A DNA stretch of 64,000 nt. Source: an uncultured bacterium. Its GTDB lineage: Bacteria; Verrucomicrobiota; Verrucomicrobiia; CAIQCK01. The stretch spans positions 192,461 to 256,460 of the forward strand of contig CAIQCK010000121.1 in assembly GCA_903870275.1 (NCBI GenBank). Direction: 5' to 3'. The notes below the pieces were generated by a model, which was given only the letters and a program-made list of their open reading frames with translations, had not been told where the DNA came from and did not search any database. Below are positions 11,059-20,300 of this stretch, one piece after another. Position numbers and translations under genes: made by a program. Position 1 is the stretch's first letter; each line of letters starts with the position of its first letter.

Positions 11059-11691
11059 ATGAGTGAGTTGCAAAAACTGACCGAAGCGGTGGAGAAGGGC
11101 AATCGCAACGAGGCAACCCGGCTGGTGAGGTCGTTGCTCGATGTGGGCATGGCGCCGCTGGACATCGTCGAGAAGGCGCTGGTGCCTGCCATGGGAATCG
11201 TCGGCGAGAAATTCAAGATCAGCCAGATTTTTGTTCCTGAAATGCTCATCGCGGCCCGCGCGATGAAGGAGTGCATGGCCATCCTGGAACCGTTGCTGGT
11301 CAAGGCCGGCATCAAGCCGAAATACACCGCCGTCATCGGCACCGTGCAGGGTGATCTCCACGACATTGGCAAGAACCTCGTGGCGATGATGTGGAAGGGC
11401 GCGAACATCGCCGTCGTGGACCTCGGCACGAACGTGACGCCGGAAAAATTTGTTGCCGCGGTCAGGGAGCACGGTGCGCAGATCGTCGGCCTGTCCGCGT
11501 TGCTGACGACGACAATGCCGGCGATGAAAACGACGGTAAAAGAATTGCGGGCCGCCGGAATGAACGCCGTCAAGGTCGTCATTGGCGGCGCGCCGATCAC
11601 GCGGGAGTTTGCCAGCGAAATCGGCGCGGACGGCTTTAGCGCCGACGCGGCGACGGCCGTGGACGTCGTGCGCCAGCTTGTGGCCGCGTGA
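11059..11691 (+). CDS. mtaC: Methyltransferase cognate corrinoid (B12-binding) protein
   Basis: Helical cap (FVPEMLIAARAM) plus B12-binding Rossmann domain with DLHDIGKNLV (DxHxxG), SALLTTTM and IGGAP. 210 aa, directly upstream of mtaB. Confidence 0.88.
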   Translation: MSELQKLTEAVEKGNRNEATRLVRSLLDVGMAPLDIVEKALVPAMGIVGEKFKISQIFVPEMLIAARAMKECMAILEPLLVKAGIKPKYTAVIGTVQGDLHDIGKNLVAMMWKGANIAVVDLGTNVTPEKFVAAVREHGAQIVGLSALLTTTMPAMKTTVKELRAAGMNAVKVVIGGAPITREFASEIGADGFSADAATAVDVVRQLVAA

Positions 11692-11721
11692 GATTGCATC
11701 CCGCACCAAAGGAACATCACC

Positions 11722-13101
11722 ATGTCTAAATTCACCAGTCTCGCCATCACCAATCCCGCCGACCTCCGCTTCGGTGTCGCGCCGAAGCCGCTGGTCACGC
11801 GCCGCGGCATGACCATCGGCGGCGGCATCGTCTATCCCGAACTGAACTTTACGCTGCCGCCGATGTATGTGAACCAGGAGACCATGCCGGAAGTGCGGCG
11901 GCAGTATCAGCAGATCATCAGCGGCGCGTTGCAACGCGCCGTCGAACTCGAAGCGCCGGGGCTGGTCATCGAGTTCGAGACGCTGCCGCCGATGACCGAA
12001 AACCCCGCGTGGGGTATCGAACTGGCGCGCATTCTTCTCGATGCGATGGAGCAGGCGCACTCCAAACACGGCCTCTTGAGCGCCCTGCGCATGACGCCGA
12101 ACGACACGCGCGAAATGGAGCGCCCGCCCGTGATGCGCAGCGGCCAGCTCTGGGAGCGGATGCTGGAGACCTTCGAGGGCAGCGCCGCCGCCGGCGCGGA
12201 ACTGCTCAGCATCGAGTCGGTAGGCGGCAAAGAAGTTAATGACGATGCGCTCACGATGGGCGACATCAGCGCCGTGATCTTCGCGCTCTGCGTCATGGGC
12301 GTGCGCGACATGCGCTTCCTTTGGACCGCGCTGGACAAGATCGCGAAGCGGCACGGCGTCCACTGCGCCGGCGACACCGCGTGCGGTTTCGGCAACACGG
12401 CGATGGTGCTGGCGGAGCAAAGGATGATTCCGCGCGTGTTCGCCGCCGTCGTGCGCGCGGTGACGGCGGTGCGGACGCTGGTGGGTTATGAATGCGGCTG
12501 CGTCGGTCCGGGCAAGGATTGCGGCTACGAGAACCCGATCCTGAAAGCCATCACCGGTTTCCCGATGGCGATGGAAGGAAAGACCGCCGCCTGCGCGCAT
12601 TTCAGCCCGCTGGGCAACATCGCCGCCGCCACCTGCGACACGTGGAGCAACGAGTCGGTTCAGAACGTCAAGCTCCTCGCCGGCATGGCGCCGACGTGCT
12701 ACGTCGAGCAACTCATCTACGACTGCCGCCTGATGAATCTCGCGCTCGCCGACGGGCGCGACGCGGCGTTGCTCTATCGCAAATGGATGGTCGCTTCCGA
12801 CGCCGCGCTCGATCCGCAGGCGTATGTGCTCACGCCCGAAAACTGCATCGCCATCGCGCAGGCGATTGTTGCCGCGCCCGATTATTATCAGGCCGGCAAA
12901 GCCGCTGCGCTGACGGCGATAAGACTGCTTCGCGAAGGCCTGGCGGACGGTCGGGTCAAGATCGCCCAGCGCGAACTGCCGTGGCTGGATACGATGCAGG
13001 ACGCGGTTGAAGGGTTGCCGGCGAAAGAGGGCGACTTTATCAACCAGATGATGCCGCTGGTGGACACGGCGAAGTTCGTGGCGAAAGATTACGATTTGTA
13101 A
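11722..13101 (+). CDS. mtaB: Methanol:corrinoid methyltransferase MtaB family protein
   Basis: 459 aa with MtaB-type motifs LSIESVGGKE, GDTACGFGNTAM, GPGKDCGYE, MEGKTAACAHFSPLGN, DTWSNESV. Confidence 0.88.
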   Translation: MSKFTSLAITNPADLRFGVAPKPLVTRRGMTIGGGIVYPELNFTLPPMYVNQETMPEVRRQYQQIISGALQRAVELEAPGLVIEFETLPPMTENPAWGIELARILLDAMEQAHSKHGLLSALRMTPNDTREMERPPVMRSGQLWERMLETFEGSAAAGAELLSIESVGGKEVNDDALTMGDISAVIFALCVMGVRDMRFLWTALDKIAKRHGVHCAGDTACGFGNTAMVLAEQRMIPRVFAAVVRAVTAVRTLVGYECGCVGPGKDCGYENPILKAITGFPMAMEGKTAACAHFSPLGNIAAATCDTWSNESVQNVKLLAGMAPTCYVEQLIYDCRLMNLALADGRDAALLYRKWMVASDAALDPQAYVLTPENCIAIAQAIVAAPDYYQAGKAAALTAIRLLREGLADGRVKIAQRELPWLDTMQDAVEGLPAKEGDFINQMMPLVDTAKFVAKDYDL

Positions 13102-13112
13102 TCGGCCCGAAA

Positions 13113-13871
13113 CTACCGGGCCAGGGCCGCCACGTTTTGCCACGCCATCGCCAGTCCGACGGTGAGGACGAAGCCGGCGAAGGCTTTTCGGATGGCGTGT
13201 TCGGAGAGCCGGCCTTTGGCGGCGACGCCGCCCGCCATGCCGGCCGTGGCCGCGGCCAGAAACGCCAGCGCCAGCCACCAGTCGAACTGAACGTAGCGAA
13301 GCTGGCCCGCAAGCCCCGCCAGCGAGTTCAGCGCGATGACCGCCAGCGACGTGCCGGTGGCCTTCTTGATGTCCAGCCCTCCGAAGATTGTCAACGCCGG
13401 CACGATCAGGAATCCGCCGCCAATGCCCAGAAAACCGGTCAGCGCGCCGACAATCAGGCCGATGAGGGCGCAACGCGCCGGCCCCTGACTTACCGTGCGC
13501 GCCGCTTCGCGCCGTTCCCGGAGCAGCGTCACGCCCACGACAAGCATGATGGCGGAGAACACCGTCAGCAGCGCCGGCTGCGAGACCAGATGCGTCAGCC
13601 GCGCTCCTCCATACGCGCCGATCACGCCTGTCACGGCGAACAGCAGCGCCACGCGCGCGTCGAAATGCCCGCGGCGGTATTGCATGACGCTGCCGGCAAG
13701 GCTCGTGCCGCCGACCACGACGAGCGCCATCGCCACCGCCTCCGAAGCCGGAACGCGCGCCACATAAACCAGCACCGGCAGCGTGATCATCGTGCCGCCG
13801 CTGCCGAGCAGTCCAAGCGCCACGCCGATCAAGCTCGCCAGAAGCAACCCTGCTGTTATCTCGGTGTTCAT
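13113..13871 (-). CDS. Sulfite exporter TauE/SafE family membrane protein
   Basis: Hydrophobic 252 aa with the duplicated GLLGSGG...P and GFLGIGGGFLIVP...ATGTSL motifs. Confidence 0.9.
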   Translation of the reverse strand: MNTEITAGLLLASLIGVALGLLGSGGTMITLPVLVYVARVPASEAVAMALVVVGGTSLAGSVMQYRRGHFDARVALLFAVTGVIGAYGGARLTHLVSQPALLTVFSAIMLVVGVTLLRERREAARTVSQGPARCALIGLIVGALTGFLGIGGGFLIVPALTIFGGLDIKKATGTSLAVIALNSLAGLAGQLRYVQFDWWLALAFLAAATAGMAGGVAAKGRLSEHAIRKAFAGFVLTVGLAMAWQNVAALAR

Positions 13872-14021
13872 TTAAGACAGCCTGTGAAGGCGGCGGCATC
13901 ATCGCAATCCAGCGTTGGCCTGGCAATAGTCATCAGTGCGATGATAACGGGCTTGGCAGGGCGCAAATACGCGGAACATAATGCGGCGCGCGAAAGGGTC
14001 GTCAACCGACAACGAAACAGA

Positions 14022-17000
14022 ATGATGAAGAGCAGATTATTGCTGAAGCCTTGGAAACAAATGGCCGTGTTGGCTTTGGCGTTTTTCGCGAGTGCCGGAG
14101 TTTCAAATGCCGGCGAAACAGCCGTCAACCCGGCTGTGCTCGCCAACGCGCGCGAAATTCAGGATGCCACCGGTGTTAAAGGTGGCCTTATCGTCCATGT
14201 CGGCTGCGGCGACGGCACGCTGACGGCGGCGCTGCGAACGAGCGACAGTTTTATTGTTCACGGCCTCGACGCCGATGCGGCAAACATCGCGGCGGCGCGG
14301 CAGCACATCCAGTCGCTCGGTCTTTACGGGCCGGTGTCGGTCGAGACGTGGAGCGGCAAGCGGCTGCCTTACGCCGACAACCTCGTCAACCTCGTCGTGG
14401 TCAGCGACGAATCATCGGTTGGCCGTAACGAAATTCTGCGCGTGCTGGCTCCCGGCGGCGCGGCGCTTATTGTCAATTCCCGGTCACCGGGGCCCGATTC
14501 CCGATGGGTGAAACCGCTTCCGGGCGACACGGATGAGTGGACCCATTTTCTTCACGACGCCGGCAACAACGCCGTCGCGCACGACGCGCGCGTGGCCGCG
14601 CCGCGGTCGCTGCAATGGAGCGCGCCGCCGCTCTGGCTGCGCAGCCACGAAACGCCGTCGGGCGTTGAGGCGATGGTTTGCGGCGGCGGGCGGTTGTTTT
14701 ACATCTTCGACGAAGGACTGGTGGGCATCACCGACCAGCGGCTGCCGGAGCGATGGGCGTTGCTCTGCCGCGACGCGTTCAACGGCAAACTGCTCTGGCG
14801 GCGGCCGATTGAGAAATGGGGCTGGCCGGAATGGGCGCCGGAGAAATTTTCCACCGATTGGACCACCATCGTTGGCGGACGCACGATCGTGCCCGATGAA
14901 AACCAGCGCCGGCTCGTGGTGGACGGCGACCGGCTTTACGCGACGCTGAGTTACCGCGCGCCGCTTTCCATCCTCGACGCGGCTACCGGCAAAACGCTCG
15001 CGACGGTCGCCGACACCGCGCCCGTGCGGCAGATCGTCGCGGCCGATGGCGTGGCCTTGGTTTATTCGCACGACGCCAAGCCCGAGGTGGGGCCGTTGAG
15101 GCCGAAAGGCAAGGGGATGGTCAACGACGCTCCGCAAGGCGCGTTGATCGCTGTGCGCGGCGCGACCGGCCAGGTGCTCTGGCGCAAGAGCATCCCTGCG
15201 CTGCGCGGGTTGTCGCTGGCGATTGACGGCGGGCGCGTGGTGTTTCAGCACGGCAAGACGCTGAGCGCCCTCGACTTGAAGACGGGCGAACAACGCTGGC
15301 AGGCCGAAATCGACGAGGCAAACGTCCGCACGCTGGTGGCCTGCGCCGGCGCGGTGGTTTTGCTGGGTCAAAAGGGCCTGGAGACGCGCGACGCTGCGAC
15401 AGGCAGTCTGCTGTGGCAAAAAGAAGTGCCGCTGGCTCGCGGCCTAGGCAGCGAGGGACTTTACATCGTCAACGGCGTCGTCTGGCCGGACATGATTTCG
15501 GTGGATGACGGCCAGCAGCCGGACCTCAAGAGCAAAAGCCCGAACGTGCTGGCCGTCGGATACGATCTGCGCACTGGTGAGGAGCGTAAACGCATCTTCG
15601 TCCAGAACCTTCGCAGCCCGGAGCATCACCACCGGTGTTACCGGAACAAGGCGACGGACCGGTTCCTCATCAGTTCGCTGGAAGGCACCGAGTTCCTCGA
15701 CTTGCGCGGCAGCGAGCACACGCAGAATAATTTCGTCCGCGGCGCGTGCCGGCTCGGCATGATGCCGTGCAACGGGATGCTCTACGCGCCGCCCGACCAG
15801 TGCTTCTGCGAGCCGGGCTCGAAGCTTCTGGGCTTCAAAGCGCTCGCGCCGGAGCGGCCGTTGGGCGCGGAGAATGAAGTTTCGGACGCGGAACGGCTCG
15901 AACGCGGTCCCGCCTACGGCGCGACAATCCAAAATCCAAAATCCAAAATCCAAAATTCAGAGGATTGGCCGACCTACCGTCATGACGCGGCGCGACACGG
16001 CTCGACGCCGGCCGCGGTCGCGACGCCGCTGGGCGAGACCTGGTGCGTAAAGCTGGGCGGCGGTCTGACACAACCGGTCGCGGCAGAGGACCGCGTTTAC
16101 GTCGCGTCGAGGGACACGCACGCGCTCCACGCGCTGGAGTTGAAGACGGGCAAGCCGCTGTGGACGTTTGTCGCGGGCGGGAGGATTGACTCGCCGCCGA
16201 CGCTTGTGAGCGGTCTGGTGTTGTTTGGCAGCGCCGACGGCCATGTCTATTGCCTGCGCGCTGCCGACGGCGCGCTGGCGTGGCGGTTTCTGGCCGCGCC
16301 GGGCGAGCGGCGCATCGTCGTGGACGACCAGATCGAATCGGCCTGGCCGGTCCACGGCAGCGTGTTGGAGCGCGACGGCGTCGTGTATTTCACTGCCGGC
16401 CGTTCGAGCTACCTCGACGGTGGCATCCGGTTCTACGCGCTTGAGCCGGCCACCGGCAAAGTGCTCCGCCAGGCGACGCTGGCCGGACCGTTCCCCGACG
16501 GCAAAACCACGCGCGACGTTTCCTTCTACATCAACGGCGCCAACAACGACGTGCTGGTCAGCGAAGGCGGTTCAATCTACATGCGCCAGAAGCGGCTGAC
16601 ACCGGCGCTCGCGGAGCAGACCGCCGGGGAACTTTCCAAAATGGGCGAGAAGGATGTGGGTCTGCACCTGTTCTCCACGGCCGGGCTGCTCGATGCGTCG
16701 TGGTATAACCGGACGTTCTGGATGTATTCGAAGCGCTGGCCCGGTTTTCAGCTTGCCAACCAGGCGCCCAAAAGCGGCCAACTGCTCGTCGTGGACGGCG
16801 AGCGCACCTTCGGCGTGCAGCCGTTCTATCGGCGGAATGTCCACAGCCCCATGTTTTTTCCGGCCAAGGAAGGTTACCTGCTCTTTGCCGACAGGAACGC
16901 AACCGAGCCGCAGATCGTCGGCGAGGAGGGTGCGCGCAAACCCGTGGTGTGGCTCCCGCAGTCCGACTACGAACGCGGCGGCGGCCGGGCGGTCGAGAAG

Positions 17001-17342
17001 CTCGACAATCCGGCGTTCGGCCTCGACAAAATGATCGGTTACACGCGCGCCGATCCGCCGTTGTGGACGCTGTGGTTGCCGGTGCGTGTTCGCGCGATGG
17101 TCAAGGCGGGCGACGCGCTTTTCGTCGCCGGCCCGCCTGATGTGCTCGACGCGGCCGATCCTTGTGCCGCGTTCGAGGGCCGCAAGGGCGCCAGCCTCGT
17201 CACCGTCTCCGCGGGCGACGGCAAGCAACTCGCCAAGCTCTCGCTGGACGCGCCGCCGGTTTTCGACGGCATGATCGCCGCCGCAGGGCGGTTGTTGATG
17301 GCACTCGAAAATGGAAATCTGATCTGTATTGCCAAAGAATGA
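14022..17342 (+). CDS. Exported SAM-methyltransferase-fold + PQQ-like beta-propeller repeat protein (paralog A)
   Basis: Signal peptide (LALAFFASAGVSNA); VHVGCGDG...VHGLD...ILRVLAPGG class I MTase-like domain; RDAFNGKLLW and DxxTGxxxW propeller repeats; HHRCY/RGAC/CFC motifs; DWPTYRHD second propeller. Start trimmed from the ORF-track 13137. Confidence 0.85.
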   Translation: MMKSRLLLKPWKQMAVLALAFFASAGVSNAGETAVNPAVLANAREIQDATGVKGGLIVHVGCGDGTLTAALRTSDSFIVHGLDADAANIAAARQHIQSLGLYGPVSVETWSGKRLPYADNLVNLVVVSDESSVGRNEILRVLAPGGAALIVNSRSPGPDSRWVKPLPGDTDEWTHFLHDAGNNAVAHDARVAAPRSLQWSAPPLWLRSHETPSGVEAMVCGGGRLFYIFDEGLVGITDQRLPERWALLCRDAFNGKLLWRRPIEKWGWPEWAPEKFSTDWTTIVGGRTIVPDENQRRLVVDGDRLYATLSYRAPLSILDAATGKTLATVADTAPVRQIVAADGVALVYSHDAKPEVGPLRPKGKGMVNDAPQGALIAVRGATGQVLWRKSIPALRGLSLAIDGGRVVFQHGKTLSALDLKTGEQRWQAEIDEANVRTLVACAGAVVLLGQKGLETRDAATGSLLWQKEVPLARGLGSEGLYIVNGVVWPDMISVDDGQQPDLKSKSPNVLAVGYDLRTGEERKRIFVQNLRSPEHHHRCYRNKATDRFLISSLEGTEFLDLRGSEHTQNNFVRGACRLGMMPCNGMLYAPPDQCFCEPGSKLLGFKALAPERPLGAENEVSDAERLERGPAYGATIQNPKSKIQNSEDWPTYRHDAARHGSTPAAVATPLGETWCVKLGGGLTQPVAAEDRVYVASRDTHALHALELKTGKPLWTFVAGGRIDSPPTLVSGLVLFGSADGHVYCLRAADGALAWRFLAAPGERRIVVDDQIESAWPVHGSVLERDGVVYFTAGRSSYLDGGIRFYALEPATGKVLRQATLAGPFPDGKTTRDVSFYINGANNDVLVSEGGSIYMRQKRLTPALAEQTAGELSKMGEKDVGLHLFSTAGLLDASWYNRTFWMYSKRWPGFQLANQAPKSGQLLVVDGERTFGVQPFYRRNVHSPMFFPAKEGYLLFADRNATEPQIVGEEGARKPVVWLPQSDYERGGGRAVEKLDNPAFGLDKMIGYTRADPPLWTLWLPVRVRAMVKAGDALFVAGPPDVLDAADPCAAFEGRKGASLVTVSAGDGKQLAKLSLDAPPVFDGMIAAAGRLLMALENGNLICIAKE

Positions 17343-17349
17343 TCCAAGC

Positions 17350-20300
17350 ATGAACCGATTTGCGACCTGCACCCTCATCGCCGCGCTGGCTTGGGTTTCC
17401 GCCAACGCGGATCAACCGTCGGCGTCACAGATTCTCAAAGAGACCGGCATCCAAGGCGGCCTCGTCGTTCACGTCGGTTGCGGCGATGGCTCGTTGACGG
17501 CGGCATTGCGCGCGAACGACAGTTTTATTGTCCAGGGTCTCGATACCGACGCGAAGCATGTCGAGGCAGCGCGCAAGCACATCGCGTCGCTCGGCCTTTA
17601 CGGCAAGGTGACGGCGGAGCCGTGGGACGGCGGGCGGCTGCCTTACATCGAGAACTTCGTCAACCTCGTCGTGGTGAGCGAGGGGTGCCGTGTGGCGGAG
17701 GAGGAGATCATGCGCGTGCTTGCGCCCAACGGCGTGGCCATCGTCGGAAGCCGAAAGATCGTGAAGCCGCGGCCGAAGGAAATGGACGAGTGGACGCATT
17801 ACCTGCACGACCCCGGCAACAACGCCGTCGCGCATGATTCGCTGGTCGGCCCGCCGCGACAGTACCAGTGGATTGGCGGGCCACGCTGGTCGCGGCATCA
17901 CGACCACATGAGCAGTATCAGCGCAGTGGTCTCGGCCAATGGCCGGCTGTTCTACATCGTGGACGAAGGTCCGCGCGCCTCCATCCTGTTGCCGCCCCAA
18001 TGGTCGCTCGTCGCCCGCGATGCGTTCAACGGGACCATCCTCTGGACGCGTCCCATCCCGGAATGGAACACACAACTCTGGCCGCTCAAGAGCGGTCCCA
18101 ACCAGCTTCCGCGCAGGCTGGTGGCCGCCGGCGACCGCGTGTATGTCACGCTCGGCATTGACGCGCCGGTGAGCGAACTCGATGCAGCCACGGGCCGAAC
18201 GTTGCGCGCGTTCGAGGGCACGCAGGAAACCGACGAAATCCTGTTTTCCGACGGCATGCTGTTTCTGCTGGTGGCCGAAGCGCCGAACCAATGGAAGGAT
18301 TACCGGCCGAAGCACACCTACGTTTGGGACAACACAAACCGCGCGAACAAGGAATGGGCGTGGGACCGGCAGAGGCGTCACGTCATGGCTGTGGACGCCG
18401 GCAGCGGCCGCAAGCTCTGGAAATCCGAGCAACGCGTCGCGCCGCTGACGCTGGCGTTGGACACACAGCACGTGTTCTTCTACGACGGCGAGAAAACCGT
18501 CGCCTTGGACCGCAAGAGCGGCCAGCCGTTGTGGTCATCGGAACCGGTTCCTCACAAACAGCCGTTCCCGACCGGCTATGGGCCAACGCTGGTGGCGCAG
18601 GACGACGTGGTGCTGCTCTCCGTCGAGCGCTTGACCATGACCGCTTTCGCCGCAGCCACCGGCAAGAAGTTGTGGTCGGCCGAGCATCATCGCGGCGGCC
18701 ACGCTTCACCCGACGATTTGTTGGTCATTGACGGCCTCGTGTGGTCGGGCCGGATTGCGGATGGCAAGGACGATGGCGTTTTCACCGGTCGCGACCTGCG
18801 CACGGGCGAGGTCAAAAGCGAGTTCGCCTGCGACAACGTCAACTACTGGTTTCATCACCGCTGCTATCGCGCGAAGGCGACCGACCGGTTTATTCTGACC
18901 TCGCGCACGGGCACGGAGTTTGTGGATATCGCAGCGAAGCACTGGGACCTCAACCACTGGGTTCGCGGCGCGTGCCTCTACGGGGTGATGCCCGCCAACG
19001 GTCTGCTCTATGCGCCGCCGCATCCGTGCGCCTGCTACCTCGAATCGAAGCTGTCCGGTTTCAACGCACTCGCGCCGGCGCGCCCAACCATGGAACGTGG
19101 AGCGTCGAGCGTGGAGCGTCTCGAACGCGGCCCGGCCTTTGCGGAAATCCAAAACTCAAAAACCAAAATCCAAAATGCGGAAGATTGGCCCACCTACCGC
19201 AGCGACGCCGCCCGCAGCGGCTTTGCGAAAACGGATGTGCCGTCCGACCTCAAGCTTGCCTGGCAAGCGGACATCGGCGGCAAACTCAGCAGCGTCACGG
19301 TCGCGGACGGCCGGGTGTTCGTCGCGTCGGTGGACACGCACACGGTGCATGCGCTCGACGCGGCCACGGGCAAACCGGCGTGGACATTCACTGCCGGCGC
19401 ACGCGTGGATTCGCCGCCGACGATTTGGACGGGGCGCGTGCTCTTTGGCTCGGCCGATGGTTGGGTCTATTGTCTGCGCGCGGAGGACGGCGCGTTGGTG
19501 TGGCGGTTTCGCGCCGCGCCGGAAGAGCGGCGGATGATGGCCATTGAGCAGTTGGAATCGGTCTGGCCGGTTTCCGGCGCCGTGCTGGTGCGCGACGGTG
19601 TGGTGTTTTGCGTGGCCGGCCGCTCGGCGTTTCTCGACGGCGGCATGCGGCTGTTGCGGTTGGACGCGGCGACAGGCCGCGAATTATCCGAGACGGTCCT
19701 CAACGACCGCGACTTGTCCACTGGCGAGCCGCTGCAAAAATTCGTGCAACAACTCGACATGCCCACCGCCCTGCCGGATGTGCTTTCCTGCGACGGCCGC
19801 TCGGTATACATGCGCGCCCAGCGGTTTGACCTCAACGGCGCGCGGCAGGAGTTCGCGCCGATGGACCCCAAGGAACAAACGGGCGAGGGAGTGCATTTAT
19901 TCTCGCGCAGCGGCTTCCTCGACGACACCTGGTGGCACCGGTCCTTCTGGATGTATGGGCGGGGAGTGAAGTCCGGATACGGCGATTGGTTCAAGCCGGG
20001 AAACTACGCGCCGTCGGGCCGTTTGATGGTGTTCGACGATTTCGCGCTCTACAGCTTCGACCGCAAGCCGATGTCCATGTGCAACGCCTCGGTCTATGAT
20101 TACTATCTCTATGCCGCCGACAAACAGACCAAGGAGGAGGCCATCCAGCGCGTGACCGCCGCCAACGGCCGGATGAACGCTGCTTCGATCAAGAAGGTCG
20201 CATCCACTTCCGACTGGGCGCTGCGGAAAAAGTTCTCGCTCAGCGAACTCTCCGCCGCCGGCTTCAAGTGGGCGGAGGGCGATCTGCCGCTGCTGGCTCG

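Noticed and set aside
11059-13101. Pyrrolysine/selenocysteine readthrough in the methyltransferase module
   Set aside because: Both ORFs are full length without internal stops; the MtaB family does not use pyrrolysine.
13137-14021. ORF-track N-terminal extension of paralog A (1401 aa)
   Set aside because: It overlaps the TauE gene on the opposite strand; the signal peptide and similarity to paralogs begin at 14022.
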